From contig CM060733.1 of assembly GCA_030704615.1 (NCBI GenBank), positions 21,824,001-21,888,000 on the forward strand: a DNA stretch of 64,000 nucleotides, in the 5' to 3' direction. Under the pieces are notes generated by a model. That model saw only the letters and a program-made list of their open reading frames with translations. It did not search any database and was not told where the DNA came from. Below are positions 49,501-62,800 of the stretch, piece by piece (position 1 is the first letter of the stretch; the number at the start of each line of letters is the position of its first letter). The translations under genes and the position numbers were made by a program. This DNA is from Takakia lepidozioides. Its lineage: Eukaryota; Plantae; Bryophyta.

Positions 49501-52500
49501 GCTCATCCTTCCGGCAAGCCTTCCGGATCTTCCTTTGGAGCGTCGTCTCGCCCCTGTACACCAACATGAGCTGCTGCTTTCTACTTAAAGCATCGGCCAC
49601 CACGTTGTCCCGTCCCGGTTTGTACTGGATATCCACATCGAACACCGCCAAAGTATCTTGCCACCTAAGTTTTTTGGGGACAACTTGGGCTACGTGGCAA
49701 AATACTTCACCGTGACATTGTCCGTGAACACCTTCACTGGGTTGGAACCAACATAGTGACGCCAAAGCTCAAGACAGTGCACCACCGCCTTAATCTCTTT
49801 CTCGTGCGTCGGCCACCGTCGCTCCACTTCATTCAGTTTCTTACTTTTGTAAGCCACTGGACGTCTATCTTGCATCAATACACCCCCAATCGCGAAGTCC
49901 GACGCATCTGTATGAATCTCGAACGGACGATCGAACTCCGGGATTTTCAAGACTGGAGCTTCCGCCGTCCGCTGCTTCAATTCAGCAAAAGCTTGGCCAC
50001 AAAAGGTGTTCCATGCCCAGACTTTGGATTTACACAGAAGGTTTGACAGCGGCTCACATACTTCCGGTAATAAGAGGCGAGTCCTAGGAAGGATCGCACT
50101 TCCGGGACCGATGTCGGAGGCTCCCAGTCCAAGATTGCCCTCACCTTCCTGTCATCCATTCTGATCCCATCCTGTGTAATCACATGCCCCAGGAACTCCA
50201 CTTTTGTGACCCCGAATTCGCACTTTGAAGCTTTGGCATACAGCTTCCCTTCCCGCAATTTCTGGAACACCCTTTTGAGGTGTTCCAGGTGCTCCTCCTT
50301 TGTTTTCGAATACACCAAGATGTCGTCGATGTACACGATCACAAAGTCATCCAACCACTCCTGGAAAAGGCTGTTCATCAGCGTGCTAAAGGTCGCGGGA
50401 GCGTTGGTGAGTCCAAAAGGCATCACCAAGAACTCATATGAACTATACCTTGTCTTGCACGCGGTCTTCTCCTCATCTCCTTCTGCCACTCGAATTTGAT
50501 GATAGCCGGAGCGCAGATCGATCCGGCTGAAATACTTCGCTCCTGCCAACCGATCGAAAAGGTCGTCGATCCTTGGCAAAGGGTACCGGTTTTTGATAGT
50601 CACCTTATTCAAAGCCCTGTAATCGATACACATCCACAGCGTCCTATCCTTCTTGTCTGTGAATAGCACCGGGGCTCCGTAAGGTGACTTACTCGGCCGA
50701 ATGTACCCCTTTGACATTAGATCTTTGAGCTGAGTCTTCAGCTCGACCAACTCTCTGTGGCTTAACCGGTAGGGCGCCTTGGCAGGCGGTTCCGATCCCG
50801 GTATCACCTCAATCTTGTGGTCAACTCCTCTTCACGGTGGCAAGCCGCTTGGTAAATCCTCCGACATCACATCCTGGTATTTCTCCAAAATCCCCTTGAT
50901 CCACTCTGGGCTCGGCTCCCCATCGCCTTCTCCCTTCACTTCTCTAATGTAGAGCAAAAACTGGGGCTCGTGTGCCTCCTCCACGGCCCACTCCCTTGCT
51001 GACAGAAGGTTTATTCGCCCTCCCACGGGTTTGGGCGTTTTCGACACTCGTAAGACCTCGCCACCATTCCCACATGGCAGCGTGACTACTCTCTTGCGGC
51101 CATCTATGATCGCTCCGGATTTGCTCAAAAAGGTCATCCCCAAAATGAGATCCACTCCATCGATCTCGCAGATGGTGAAGTTCTCACGTCCCTCCCAACT
51201 CCCCAGTTGACGAGGAACATCAAACGCCAACCTTGTCGCCAATTGCGGTTCTCCTTTGGCAGAACGCACCTCAATAGAGGTCCCCACGTCACTTGTCGGG
51301 AGTCCGAGCTTTTGTGCCGTTGCCGGTGTCATGAAGGAGTGCGACGCTCCTGTGTCCACCAACAACGACACGTTAGTTCCGGATATTATCCCATCCACGA
51401 ACAATAACTGACTCCCTTTACGTAAGGCGCCAGTTTCCTGATACAACTCATAAGAAAATTTGCCTACCTTGCAAGTCCTGGCGACCACCGCTTCCACCAA
51501 GCGACTGATGGTATCTTCCGACAGCTCTGTGGTCGCCCGAGTCATGTTCAATTGTCGAGGCTTCGTGCACTTCTTTACCATGTGCCCGGGCTCCCCGCAA
51601 TTGAAACACACTCCATCAAAGGTTGCCTTCTGTCCGCCATAGGCCGCTCCACCCGCTTTTCCTTTCAAAGCACCGGGTGCCGCCTTGACTTGTGAAGGCC
51701 CTCCCTTCGATTTCCACGTGCCATTGTCGCCGCGTGGCCTATCCCACTTCTTTTCTGGTCGGAAGGAGTCACCTTCCCGCCGGGTCTTCTTGTGGTTCAG
51801 CTCCGTACGGCCTTGTCTTTCACCCTTAGGGACATCCGAGAAACATTCAGCCCTCTCAATTGCCTCGTTCAAAGTCTTAGGTGGCTTCTCCTCCAACTTC
51901 CGCCTAGCCCATGGAGCCAGTCCCGCCACAAAGTTGAAGACCATTTCTGGTTCTGCCATATCCGCGACTTCGAGCAAAAGCACATTGAAAGCCTGGACAT
52001 ATCCCCGAATGTTATCTGTTTGCTTCAAATTCCTCATCTTGTCCCGGGCGAGCCAGGACGCGTTGAGGGGCACAAACTGCCTCTTCATCAATTCCTTGAA
52101 CCCACTCCACTTCAAGGTTTCCGGGCTTGGACCTCGGTCGTGAAGGCGTTTCTGCCACCATTGTTAAGCATAGCCCCTCAAATAGGTGGGAGCCACTTCC
52201 ACCCGATCCTCGTCACTCAACTTGGCCGCCCGGAAGTACTGCTCTAGCTCCAAGAGCCAGGTGTTGAGTGCCTTCCGATTTCGGACGCCCTCGAAGGTGC
52301 CGGGTTCCTTAGGCTTCACCTTAAACTTTGCCTTAGTGGAAGTGGCATTAGCCGCCTTCAACACGTCTTTCAACGTCCCACCAAATTGCGCCAACAACCC
52401 TTCCCAAAAGGTTGCCGGCATGGGAGGCATCTGTTGGTCGGTCGGAGCTCTCAGGGATTCATCAGGCTCCGACTCCTCAGATTCCTCCCGCTCTTGAGCG

Positions 52501-53406
52501 GCCTCGTTTTCGGAAACATGCATCGCTTCCTCAAACGGCCGCCTCGGTGACACGTCGCCCCCATCGGTGTCGCCAAGATCATCATCTTTTGGGCCGTTCC
52601 GCTTTCGCTTTGGCTTGCCCGACCCCATGATGAGGCCAATCCCAAAGACGATCGCGTACTGAACTCTAAGCTCTGATACCAAGTGTCGCGCACCTCACTT
52701 TGGTAAGCTCGCCCTCAAGTCATAGTTACTCGCTTGATGCGCGCGCCTAACTCCCAACCTGGCCGCCGGGCCAACTTGGAGCTCCGGCTGCTCACCGGGG
52801 CATAACGGTCCCCCTTTGATCTCCCAAAGAACCCTCCAACGATTTGGAACTAGCGGAATTCCCTTTGGTAGTTGGCAGTCCGGAACAGCTCCCCACTCTT
52901 TGGTCGCTTTCCGGCTCGCTCGCTTACTCACTAGTTTTTGGTCACCAACGGGCTTGCGCCGTTCTCGGGGTTACTACTCCCTATATATACTTCTGTAGCT
53001 GTCCGCGGGGGTTTCACAAACAACCATGCCATTTTATGGCGAACCACCACGAACACCCTCGACTCCCGGTGATGAGTCGCGGTGAGTCTTGGCCCACCCA
53101 CCACGGCCCCTATGGACCATGATGAGTCCCAAGACTCCCCACGACTCCCACCACGAGGTCTCCGCCCCAAGGTGAGTCCTATGCCACCCCCATTAAGTCC
53201 CGCTAAGCTACCACCACCCCTTGTGGAGCCACCCCCACCGCAACCCGGTGTGCGGGGCTCCACCTAGTGAGCGCCTCCGCCTCCTTGAGTGTCTTGGGCA
53301 CTCAAGGGTGCTTCAGCCCCCCATACCTATCGCTGCCACTGCCCCCACCACAGGGGCAGCCCCTCTTGTGTCCCGACCCCTGCCCTCAAGGCAAAGGGCC
53401 GCGACA
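46546..53406 (-). mobile_element. Full-length Ty3/gypsy chromovirus LTR retrotransposon, coding region disrupted
   Basis: LTRs 46546-47270 and 52684-53406 (TG...CA), TSD CTCCC, PBS TGGTATCAGAGC (52670-52681), domain order gag-PR-RT-RH-IN-chromo. Confidence 0.97.
48090..52631 (-). pseudogene. Gag-Pol polyprotein with stops and frameshifts
   Basis: Zinc knuckle CFNCGEPGHMVKKC, protease [21 protein letters not shown]...[10 protein letters not shown], RNase H TDASDFAIGGVL, integrase H-H...C-C and SMDF, GPF motif, chromodomain EYEVEAIL...YLVKWKGY...SW. Split across at least 6 ORF fragments. Confidence 0.95.
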
Positions 53407-54178
53407 CTCCCCTACTGCAGCAGATCGCGCAGATTGGAGGTGAGAGACGACATATCGCGGGAAAATAAAATAAAATAATATATATATATATATATTTTTT
53501 TTATTTTTAAAAAAAACCCCCTAGTGTGGGAACCGGATCCGGAACAGCCATCGACCCCCCCCCGGTTCCGGTTCCGGTTCCTGGAAAAACCCGTACCCGG
53601 CGGTTCCGGTTCTGGAACCGGCTCGTCCATGCTCCCCCGATTCCGGTTCCTGTTCCAATACCGGTTCCAGGAACCGGAACCGCCGGTTCCAACCCGCCTA
53701 AGCGGGTACCCGCACAACACTAGTGGACACCTTCATGACACACCAGACGGTGGTTTGAACCCACAACCACATCCAACGTGGTATGTGCCCATTACCGCTG
53801 GGCTACATGCTGGTTGTCACTTCAATGATATGTTTTGTTGATCTTACTAGATCTACCAACCTGGTCGTTGGTTATGTGTTAGTTGTTAATCGCTCCTAAT
53901 TATTACCTTTTTATTAAAAAAGGAAAACCACCTGGGAAGGACAGCTCACAAATCAGGCCCCTTAATTATACTGAGATATTACTTCTCCCTATATAACAAA
54001 CAGCCATTACAATGTGCGGAAACAAAGGGCTTCTTTTGTTCCCTTTTATATGATCCCAAATGCCGTTGCCACATTTATTCGGACAGCTTATACATGTCCA
54101 CTGTCCACTCCTCTTTCGTTAAGGTTATTTTTCAAATGATTGGGGTTACATTTATTTTGGTCGGCAATGAACTTAGCC

Positions 54179-54600
54179 TTTTTTTTTTTTTAAAGAAAAG
54201 AAAAAGTTAGCTTGTTCATGAAAGGAGACCAAGGCCCTGAAACTCATATTGATGAAAAGCAAGGAAAAAATAACCTTGCAGAGAGGCCAAAAGGCTACAA
54301 CAAGGGGGAACTCCAGGAAGTCCACAGAGGGAGGACCTCTGTTTCATCCAGCAAACGTATAAACAAGGTCCAGATATACCTGGTGCAGACGAGGGGCAGT
54401 GGTGGGCAGAGCATGCAGAGTGTGGACACTCCTGCCCAAGATGCTGTGCAGTGTGGCAGCCTTGTTGAGGCTGCGGAATATTCTAGTATTTCTGAACAGA
54501 AATCATTAGCTTTAGACCTTGTCTTACTTTGGACTTCCCCCACTCTCTTTTTCTTGGACCAATGATTACACCCAACAAGCCTATTAGTGTTTGTTAGCAC
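54179..54600 (-). mobile_element. Possible degenerate LINE 3' end with poly(A) tail
   Basis: Minus-strand A-run at ~54179-54191, preceded by zf-RVT-like residues (RLPHCTASWAGVSTLCMLC). Weak. Confidence 0.3.
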
Positions 54601-56529
54601 ATATACCTGCCTCCTTGGCTCCCACTAGTTGGATTTCCCATACAAGCACCTCACACTCACCCAAGCACTGACTGCTTTTGCCAGAGTGGTAGGAGGCGGT
54701 GGCCCCCTCTCCCTCTATAATGCACTTCCTCCAAGCCTGTTTGTTTTGTGTGTTTTCCTGCTTTTCTATGGGAACCGAAATTATCAGGGTGGTGGTGATG
54801 CAGTATATGAGATATATAAAGACGAGTTGTTGAGGGGGACTCTCGGCCAAACTTTCCCGCTTAGATGTTTTCAGCAGTTCTTTCATACCATCAAGTTTAT
54901 AGTTATGAAGTGCGGCCAGCCGAACCGGTAGTCTATGTCGTTTGTTGTTGTTGTAACATTGCACAAAAATGCATGGTACTTCCACTATGATTTTCCCAGT
55001 TTGCTATGTCCAGTGAACGAGCCCCTGGATCCCAGAACCAAAACAACAGGGGATTAAAAGACCCAAAACAATAGGGGATTAAACACAAGGTCAGCAAACA
55101 TACCGAACTTGCTCCGGGCCACTCCTAATGGCCAGAAATACAGGTGTTTTAGAAAAAATGAAGATAATAATGTCATGAGTGGGAAATGATGTCTTGTTTG
55201 ACACAATCATTTCAATATCCAGGAGTCCTTTGAGGCCCTCTCTTGTGAATTGAGCCAACATGAGGACTAGATCAGCAAAGCAAATACAATTGGAAAGGAA
55301 GCAACATGAGCAGGTGTGCGTGACTCATTGCAAAGGACAGTGGGCCCTCGCCAGCTCTTTTTGTTCAATTGTGGCCCAAAAAGCCCACTCTTTCCACCCA
55401 AGTCCTCAAACGTACTGAACTGTACTCAGCTTCAGGAGCAGCCCAGCGCTCCAATCCAGATGATGCCCTGCAGGCTGGGGCCCCCCCACCCTGCCAATGT
55501 GGGGTCCCTAGGGACCCCTCTAAAGTGAGCCCATTGGATGGATGACAAGCTAGTACTGAACGAATGATAGCCACTTGAATGAATGAGCCAGTCCCCTGAA
55601 TGACAGAAAGTTAAGGCACATTCGGATGTAATGGATGATGAATTGGGGATACATTGAACTGAGGCAATGCATGAATGGATGTAAGTTAGGGAGGCAATGA
55701 GATGCATGGCCAGCTAGGCAAATGAATGAGGACGGAGGGACAGACTTTTGGGTGGCAGCTTTTTTTTACTGGGAGTGTGTGCCACAAAACAGTCAACAAC
55801 CCCAGCAGCAGTGGGTCTGTAGTCTGTACCGGGACTGCTTTCCAAAGTGCTGCTCCTCCACCCAAAGTATATACTTTCATCCATCGTTCATTACTTGTTC
55901 ACCCTTCTGCATCCATCTGTACCACCTTTGTTCATCGCTGTCTGATCCAGGGAGAATAAAAATGGCACAGTGCAGACAGACAGACTGTGAAAGGGAGGTT
56001 CCTTTTCAAAGAAGATTAGGGACGGTAAATATCCAGCCGTATTATGGCAGGATTTGGGGCAGTGGATGAGAACAGTCAGCTAAGTAGTAACTAGACTCCC
56101 TACTTTCCCTTCCTTGTAGCAGGATTGGGTTTAGGGTTTACATATAAGGACAGCTAACTAGCTGGTTTACCCACTCAGATTTTATTCCTACTGTCAGTCA
56201 ACTTCCCATGAAGATTTCAGGGCACGGACATGTATAGAAAACCCCTTCATGTTTATTTTATTTATTTTATTTTTTATGACTCGTATTTATGACTCAATAG
56301 TTTTTCCTCTCCTGGAGGCTGCAAGTTACTCGGAGAACATTTCCAGAAAAAAGAAAAAAAAGAAAAAAAGAACATTTCGCATGTAGTTTTTCGGCTCACC
56401 CTGGATCTACATAGTTCTGTTTTTAAAAAAAAAAAATCTGTTTTTTTCTCAAGGATTAGAAATGGGTTGGCTCAAATACAGATCCTTTTAATTGGAAAGG
56501 TCCCTTCTGTTTCTTAAGACAAAATTTAG

Positions 56530-56665
56530 GGAGGGAGACAGATGGGAACGATGGGACACCCCCAAGGAGAAGAACACACCACACCCAACAATGTAGCAGG
56601 ATTCGACCCCAGAATCATCTGGGTGGCACTCAGTGCACTATCCAACTGAACTACTGCCAGGTGGT
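56530..56665 (-). mobile_element. tRNA-derived SINE, family A
   Basis: Minus strand cagtagttcagttggatagtgcactgagtgccacccagatgattctggGGTCGAATCCtgctac. Confidence 0.75.
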
Positions 56666-56788
56666 AAGGTCACTTGTTTTTTCTCTTTTTGTTTTTTGAA
56701 ATTTAGATAAAGGGGAGGTCGGAACCCTTGAAAATTTCCTTCCAAATAAAAACAAAAACCTCAACAGCCGCAATTAACTTGAAATCTG

Positions 56789-56836
56789 ATAAAGATAAAG
56801 ATTCTTTAACGTCCAGTGAATTTACAGAGCCTACTC
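56789..56836 (-). mobile_element. 3' fragment of SINE family C (or of its partner LINE)
   Basis: aaagataaagattctttaacgtccagtgaatttacagagcctact matches ~30495-30539. Confidence 0.6.
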
Positions 56837-59800
56837 TGAGAAAGAATACCTTTCTATTAGAAAAAGAAAAAGAAATACTGCAATTAGAAATTAGTGAATA
56901 AGAACAAAAGCAATGAGTGAGAGTGGGAGGATGTGCGTTGACGGCGCTGCCTACGTAGCGACGGCAGCGTCGACCTTTTGGTGTGTTTGCGCTGGATGTG
57001 CAGGGATGGATATCGACGTCCATTGATCTCGGTCAGCGGATGGACGCCGTCAACGGAGACTTGGTCTAGTCGCTACTTACTCACCCCGCTTGCTGCGCCT
57101 CATGCAGCGGACGGATATCTGATGCACTCTATATTAGTCCACCGATTTCACACTCGGATTTGTTTCCATTTGAAGCCGGAAGTATCTTGTGTATTCAACT
57201 GCTACATCACAAGATGTACAGCACAAATAATTCTCCACAGATTCCATGCTGTCTGAACACTTCACCAACTATTGCTTGGATTGTCCACGGTTTCACCCAG
57301 CCGGGGTCTGAGAAACTTAAGAAATGCTTGTCTCGCACCCAAAATGTCTTGGGGCGTGAAGAATTTTTGCTTTTCCCAACATGTCTGAGGACTTTGGGAA
57401 TTTTGACTGTGGAATCGCATCGGACTCTTAGATAGTATTTTTTACTCAATTCATGAGTACCCAAATATAGCCTGGGCGAAAAAGCTGCTGAAAACAATCG
57501 GTAGCCTACTGACACCAGAAGATATTTCTCATTGCACTCATCCTTCTCTTTTGCTTTTCTTTGCCTAGTAATTTCATGTCTTTCTACCACTAGTGCCACA
57601 TGGAGGGATTCTCAGTATATATTTACGATCTGATTAACAAGATGCATGCTAGCCCTGCCCTGGGATAGTAATTTTTACTTCTCCATACTAATCCCTTGAA
57701 TCCCCCTCTACTGGCTGGGAATGCATAATCCCTGCCTTTTGGTGGAATTGGGGGAGGTAATGTGAGCAACCACCCGTTTAGCAAGGTGACAAAAGTCTCC
57801 GGGATGTTTCAGGGACCTTCAGACACTGGAATAGTACAAACCCACTGCGTCCAAGTTGTTTGGAGGATATTGCGAGTATGTAAACGACCGACAGTGTCTC
57901 GCCATAGCTTGGGACACGCGAAGTGTGTCAGTCTTAGACTTTTGGTTTGACCCCAAACTCCAACAGAACTTAGGCCTGTAACAGTGATGAGGCGTTTTGC
58001 TTTGTATGCGGGTGATGATCCACTCCAGCGCTCATTCACTCCCCTAAGCTTTAAGCCAGTTTGGTAAGATCTCCATTTCGTCTCAGTTAGTTTGAGGACT
58101 TACTGACACTCATCTTTAATTAGTTGTTATTATGTATACTCCAGCGACTCAGTGGTAATTGCTAAGCACAGGGTTTCAGCTACTATTAAGTCTCCAAGTT
58201 GGAGCTGGCAGAGAAGTAAAGGATGATGATTAGGTCCCTAACAAGGAATTGATGCCCCACCTTAACGTTACAATCCTGCACAGAATTCATGACCTATGAA
58301 ATGAAATCTGTCGCTCCAGTCTTCCCTTATTGGACGAAAAAGAGATTTATAACAGCTGTAATGGAGTATTATTTTATTCAAATACTGCACTTGTTGATCA
58401 GAGCCCATTATGCCTAGAGGGAGATGGCAAACCTGTCTTGTGTTAGTGATCATTGTGTCACTTTGCTATCACCTGAAATTCTGTAGTCGACGGTGGGATA
58501 TATAAATAAGAGCCAACGGAAACATGAGGTGGGTAGGATACTGGCCTGAGGGCAGGACTCGGATTCTCAAACCTGGGAAAACACTAGGAAGAACTGTACC
58601 TGTCTTAAAAATACGGCTGAATAAGGAAATTAAGCCAATTGATGCTCGTATTTCTGCGGAGAAAACGTGGAATCTGAGGAGAATGGGTTTTTTCCAGTCT
58701 CAAATTTACGGCGGAAATTTGAGTCGGCCAGGACCTGAAATGGGTTTGCAGTGTTCAGCGCAGAGCGGCCGTATGTGTGCAGAGATCTCCAGGCGCCACT
58801 GTAGGCAAACTTAATCACCTCTTGACAAAGGAAACGCTGTCCCTGCAACAATGTCCCTCACATCTAAATCTCTCTGGAGAGTGTGGGCTGATGACCTTGG
58901 TGAAGCAGGCAGTGGTCGGAGCTGCCAGCTATGGCCCAATGAACTTGCATTTAGCCTTAATAAAGATTATTCGTTGCCCGAATCATTGCAACGTTAGGAC
59001 TTTGACCCAGTAATATTTTTCGGGCACTCATTTGCTGCCAGTGCAGCCGTGGATTACTGTACTGGAAATACTGAATTGTCACTGCAATCGATGGATAAAG
59101 ATCAGTACCTAGTGCAAGTAGTGTAATCACGCTGTATTGAAGTAGTTGCAGTAAATCTTCAATCCAAATCTATGAAAACCCACCTATTAGTCAACTTGAA
59201 GTGGGTAGTAAGTACTAGTAAGTAGTACAATTTGCGGAGTCATAGATAGGGTATAATTTTGGTTCGTGACTGGTTTATAATATTACCTGTACTGTGATTG
59301 GAGTACGTTGCCCTGTATCCCTCATCGCTCATAAATGAAAGGGGTTATTCTTTCCCCTCCTCCAGAAAGGGCAATTCTGCTGCCAGTTGAAAACGAAGCA
59401 GAAGAACGTTGTTGCTGCAATTTAATACGTCCTTTTCTAGTAATAAAATAATCTAGAAGAGAAAGGATTGGAAGGCCATGTGATTAGTGTGAACTTGAGT
59501 GTTGTTGCAATCCGGAGTCCGTGGGGAGTGCAGGGAAAGGATCACCAGAGGGCGTTTTAAGGCCCCTTCACGCTGCAGCACTGGAGTCCTTTATAGTACA
59601 GGGGTGTCTTTATTTGCACAATTGAGAGGTGTCTCAATTGCGTTTTCATGCCTTTGGCTTGTGTCAGTGAAATGTACCTATGACAGATTGACAGATTATT
59701 GGTTTGGAAACTTGCGTATAAAGGAGTACAAGGGGCATTCAAGGCCTTCCACCTACTGCGATTGCAACTTTTCTGGATAAAAATTCCCGGAGAAACTGTA

Positions 59801-62800
59801 CTAGACTCTATCCCGTGTTTGACGGAAATGGGAACTCTACTCTGGAAGAATTTAGGACAAATGTTTTCTTAGTCGGAGAAGACCACATTCCCAAAACTCC
59901 ATTGGCTCAAAGGCGGTATTAGAAAATAGAAGGCAGAATTTAGAGAAGCTGGTTTGGATGGAGAAGGCGTATGCTCTACTGCAGTCTGCTACACACTGTC
60001 GGGGTGAGCCATCAAGACCATTTTCTCGTCGCAGGCCTACGTGGAATTGCACATTGTCCAACAGTGGTTGAGAGGGCGGTTGAGAGAGGAGGCAAGCAAG
60101 CCCCAAGTTTGGCACAGTAAGTACATATGTGTTTTGGGTCAACTAAGCACGTGAAAAGTGCAGAATGGGCTGGATCGGCATGCAGCAACCTGCCAACTAG
60201 GTGGAAGCTGTGGGTCAACTCTGCATGCCAAACCCCAAGTTGCCAGCCTCCATATCTGCCATTCTTTTTACCGGCCACCCGAGTCCATGGTTTAGGTCAA
60301 CTAATTAGCTCTCAATTCGAGATGCAGAACTTTTTCGCGTTGGGCCCATGATATTTGGCCATCGCCAGTGTGTGGGCCGGCTAAATCAGAAGTTGGGTCG
60401 TTATTAGTGCTGCTATTGATATCACCGACAAAGTGACACTTTGCTTCGGCTTGAACACAACAGAACAGAACACGGCCCGTGATGTTGGGGTAGCCAATTC
60501 ATGATTTCTAGACGAGAACGATCCAACAATGTTGTTAGGCCATGAGCACACCAAATTACGGTTCAATTAGCACGATGACTACAAGGTGCCATGCCAAAAT
60601 TTAGGCTGCAAAATGTGGGTACTCAAAATGTGAGTCGTAAGTAGTGTCAGGGATGTAGTGTGGAGGGGAAAAAGGATGATGGAACAGCAGCAGTGGGGTG
60701 GCAGAAAGTGAAACCTGAGGAGCAGCAAATGGAAGCCATGTGATGGGCATGGAACTTTCCAGTCCCACTGTCGTCTGCACAGGCTTCTGCCAAATCTATT
60801 TCACCACTTCACGTGCACTCTCAGACATAGCAGTCCAGGGCTGTGCACTGGAGTCTGGACTGTAAATTTTAGCTCATTTGCATGTACAACAGCGACCTAA
60901 TCTTTAATACCCACAGATGGACACAGTATAGAATGCAAGGAAACTTTCTTCTCAAGTAACAAGTTTGTCGCACTCGAAGAACAGAATTTTTTACATCCTA
61001 TGTATAAAGACCTGGTTTACTAAGTTGTGGAACACGCTAAGCTCTATGTGCATGTTTATTCATGAACTATGGCGAGATTGAAAACATATGCGGATGTGCA
61101 ACTCTGAGCATGTAAAGCGGCTCAAATTGTTTTCAATTTGCAGAAAATCCACTGACGGTCTATGGCCCCTCTTCTAGCTGGTCATCGACCTAAATGTACC
61201 AGCAGCTGAGTCGTCCAGGCGCGCCTCTATTCATCAATATGTAGTGATTGTGAAGTTAAGTTTGCCAGCTGTACAAAGATTGGGAACAAAACATTCCCTA
61301 GTGCATAAATTTGCAATTCTGTTCATGCTTCAAATTCCTCCAAATCCTTCCTACTTCTTCGAAATCCCTCTCCCGGAGGGACTGCTTCCATAAACATGGA
61401 GCATTGCAGGCAGAGTAGGCTGGAGTGGATTGGGTAGGTCGTCGAAGCCTGCCATGCACATAACCGCGTGCCATAACCTTGTCGCTCTGCTCTTCGATTG
61501 CTTGCAATTCCTATCATTACTTCCTCATTCCTCCTGCTGTGGTAAAAGTGTGCGAGAGAGAGTGCTCAGTGAAAGTCTGGGTACTTAGCACGTGGTTACC
61601 TGAGCAGCCAGAGCTCAGTTGTCTCGCCGAGTCCCTAGCGAACGTTCGTGACAGACCACTGCCATGGCAAGTTGAAGCTGAGCCTGTTACCATTTATTAA
61701 GTGCCTGCAATACTGTGCTCTGGATGTCTGGGACCTCTGGACAGCTGAAGCCAAGGCCCTACAAGACTGGCTCGACAATTTCTTATTGCATCCCTCGAAA
61801 GGAGAGCAAAGGCTAATCCGCACCTCGGCGCAGGCTGGGAGGAGATGATTGCGGGCAGTGAGGCTCGCAGGTTTCGCCACACGTACACCCAACTTTTTAC
61901 TGCGGATAAATGTGGCGAAACATGGCGAGCCAAAACGGGAGCCGTCGGTGCACCCGCACCGCGGAATCTGGGGGCCCGATACTCGAGACAGAATCGCGGG
62001 TTTAAATGCCGGGCCCGGGATTTAGAGTCACCCGTCCTTTGAAATTCTTTTAATATGGCAGGAGGGATCCACCACCCGCACCCATTACCGCGAGGGGGAC
62101 CCTAGCTCCGACATTCCGTTCTCCGACCGTCCGATCTAGAAAAGTACGGTCCGGGCCGTCCAGATGATGCCACATCGCGCGGGAATGCGATGCGTGGAGT
62201 GGTGGGTAAGGGCAGCCAGAAGAGGGCGTAAGGGCGCGCTCGTAATAAAGGCGTGAGCATATTGTGGTCAGGCCGCGAGGCCGTTGGATGAAGAACGGAT
62301 GGATGAGATGGGGCGAGCGGGCCGGGTCGTAGGGCCGGGGGGCTGGCAAAGCAGGAGGGGGGGCCCCATGCGGCGGGCCATGGCATGATGGCATGGGATG
62401 CGTCCGCCAACCATGGGCCAGACGGAACGGCAAGGTGCCTTTCGCACGTGGGATCCTGACAGGGGGCGGCAGTGGCTCCTAAGCCGGGCAGCGGGTATGG
62501 GGTCCGGGCAGGTGCCCGAGGCGGGGCGGGCAGGCGCAGGCTCTCACGAGCGGGTGTACAACCGAGTTCAGGCCGTCCTTGGCCCGCTTTTCATTGCGCT
62601 GCCCCAGGCCGTGCGTGTCTCTCTATCGCATGCCTAACTTAGTGTGCACGAGCACATATTTTGGAGTGGCGATTTGGAGCGACGATTTGCGGTGTGTTTT
62701 TTAAGGGAAGGGATTAAAGCGGGTTAGGGGAGGAGTGCGGGCTAGAAATTGGGAGGGGAGTCTGGAGAGGGCGGGCTGTCTGCCCAAGTGTGCCGGGTAT

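Larger units (their letters stand above)
45949..53722. mobile_element. Non-autonomous hAT element (45949-46545 and 53407-53722) with CCGGTT/GGAACC subterminal repeats
   Basis: 8-bp TSD GTGGACAC (45941-45948, 53723-53730); imperfect TIRs CAATGTTTTGCGG / CCGCACAACACTA; dense ccggtt repeats at both ends. Confidence 0.88.
45850..53818 (-). mobile_element. SINE family B copy split in two (45850-45948 and 53731-53818) by nested insertions
   Basis: The two halves join into a copy of the 41567-41735 SINE. Outer TSD ACTTCAATGA at 45840-45849 and 53819-53828. Confidence 0.88.

Noticed and set aside
59690-59900. LINE zf-RVT remnant (LVWKLAYKG...)
   Set aside because: Needs several frameshifts and is too degenerate to support by eye.
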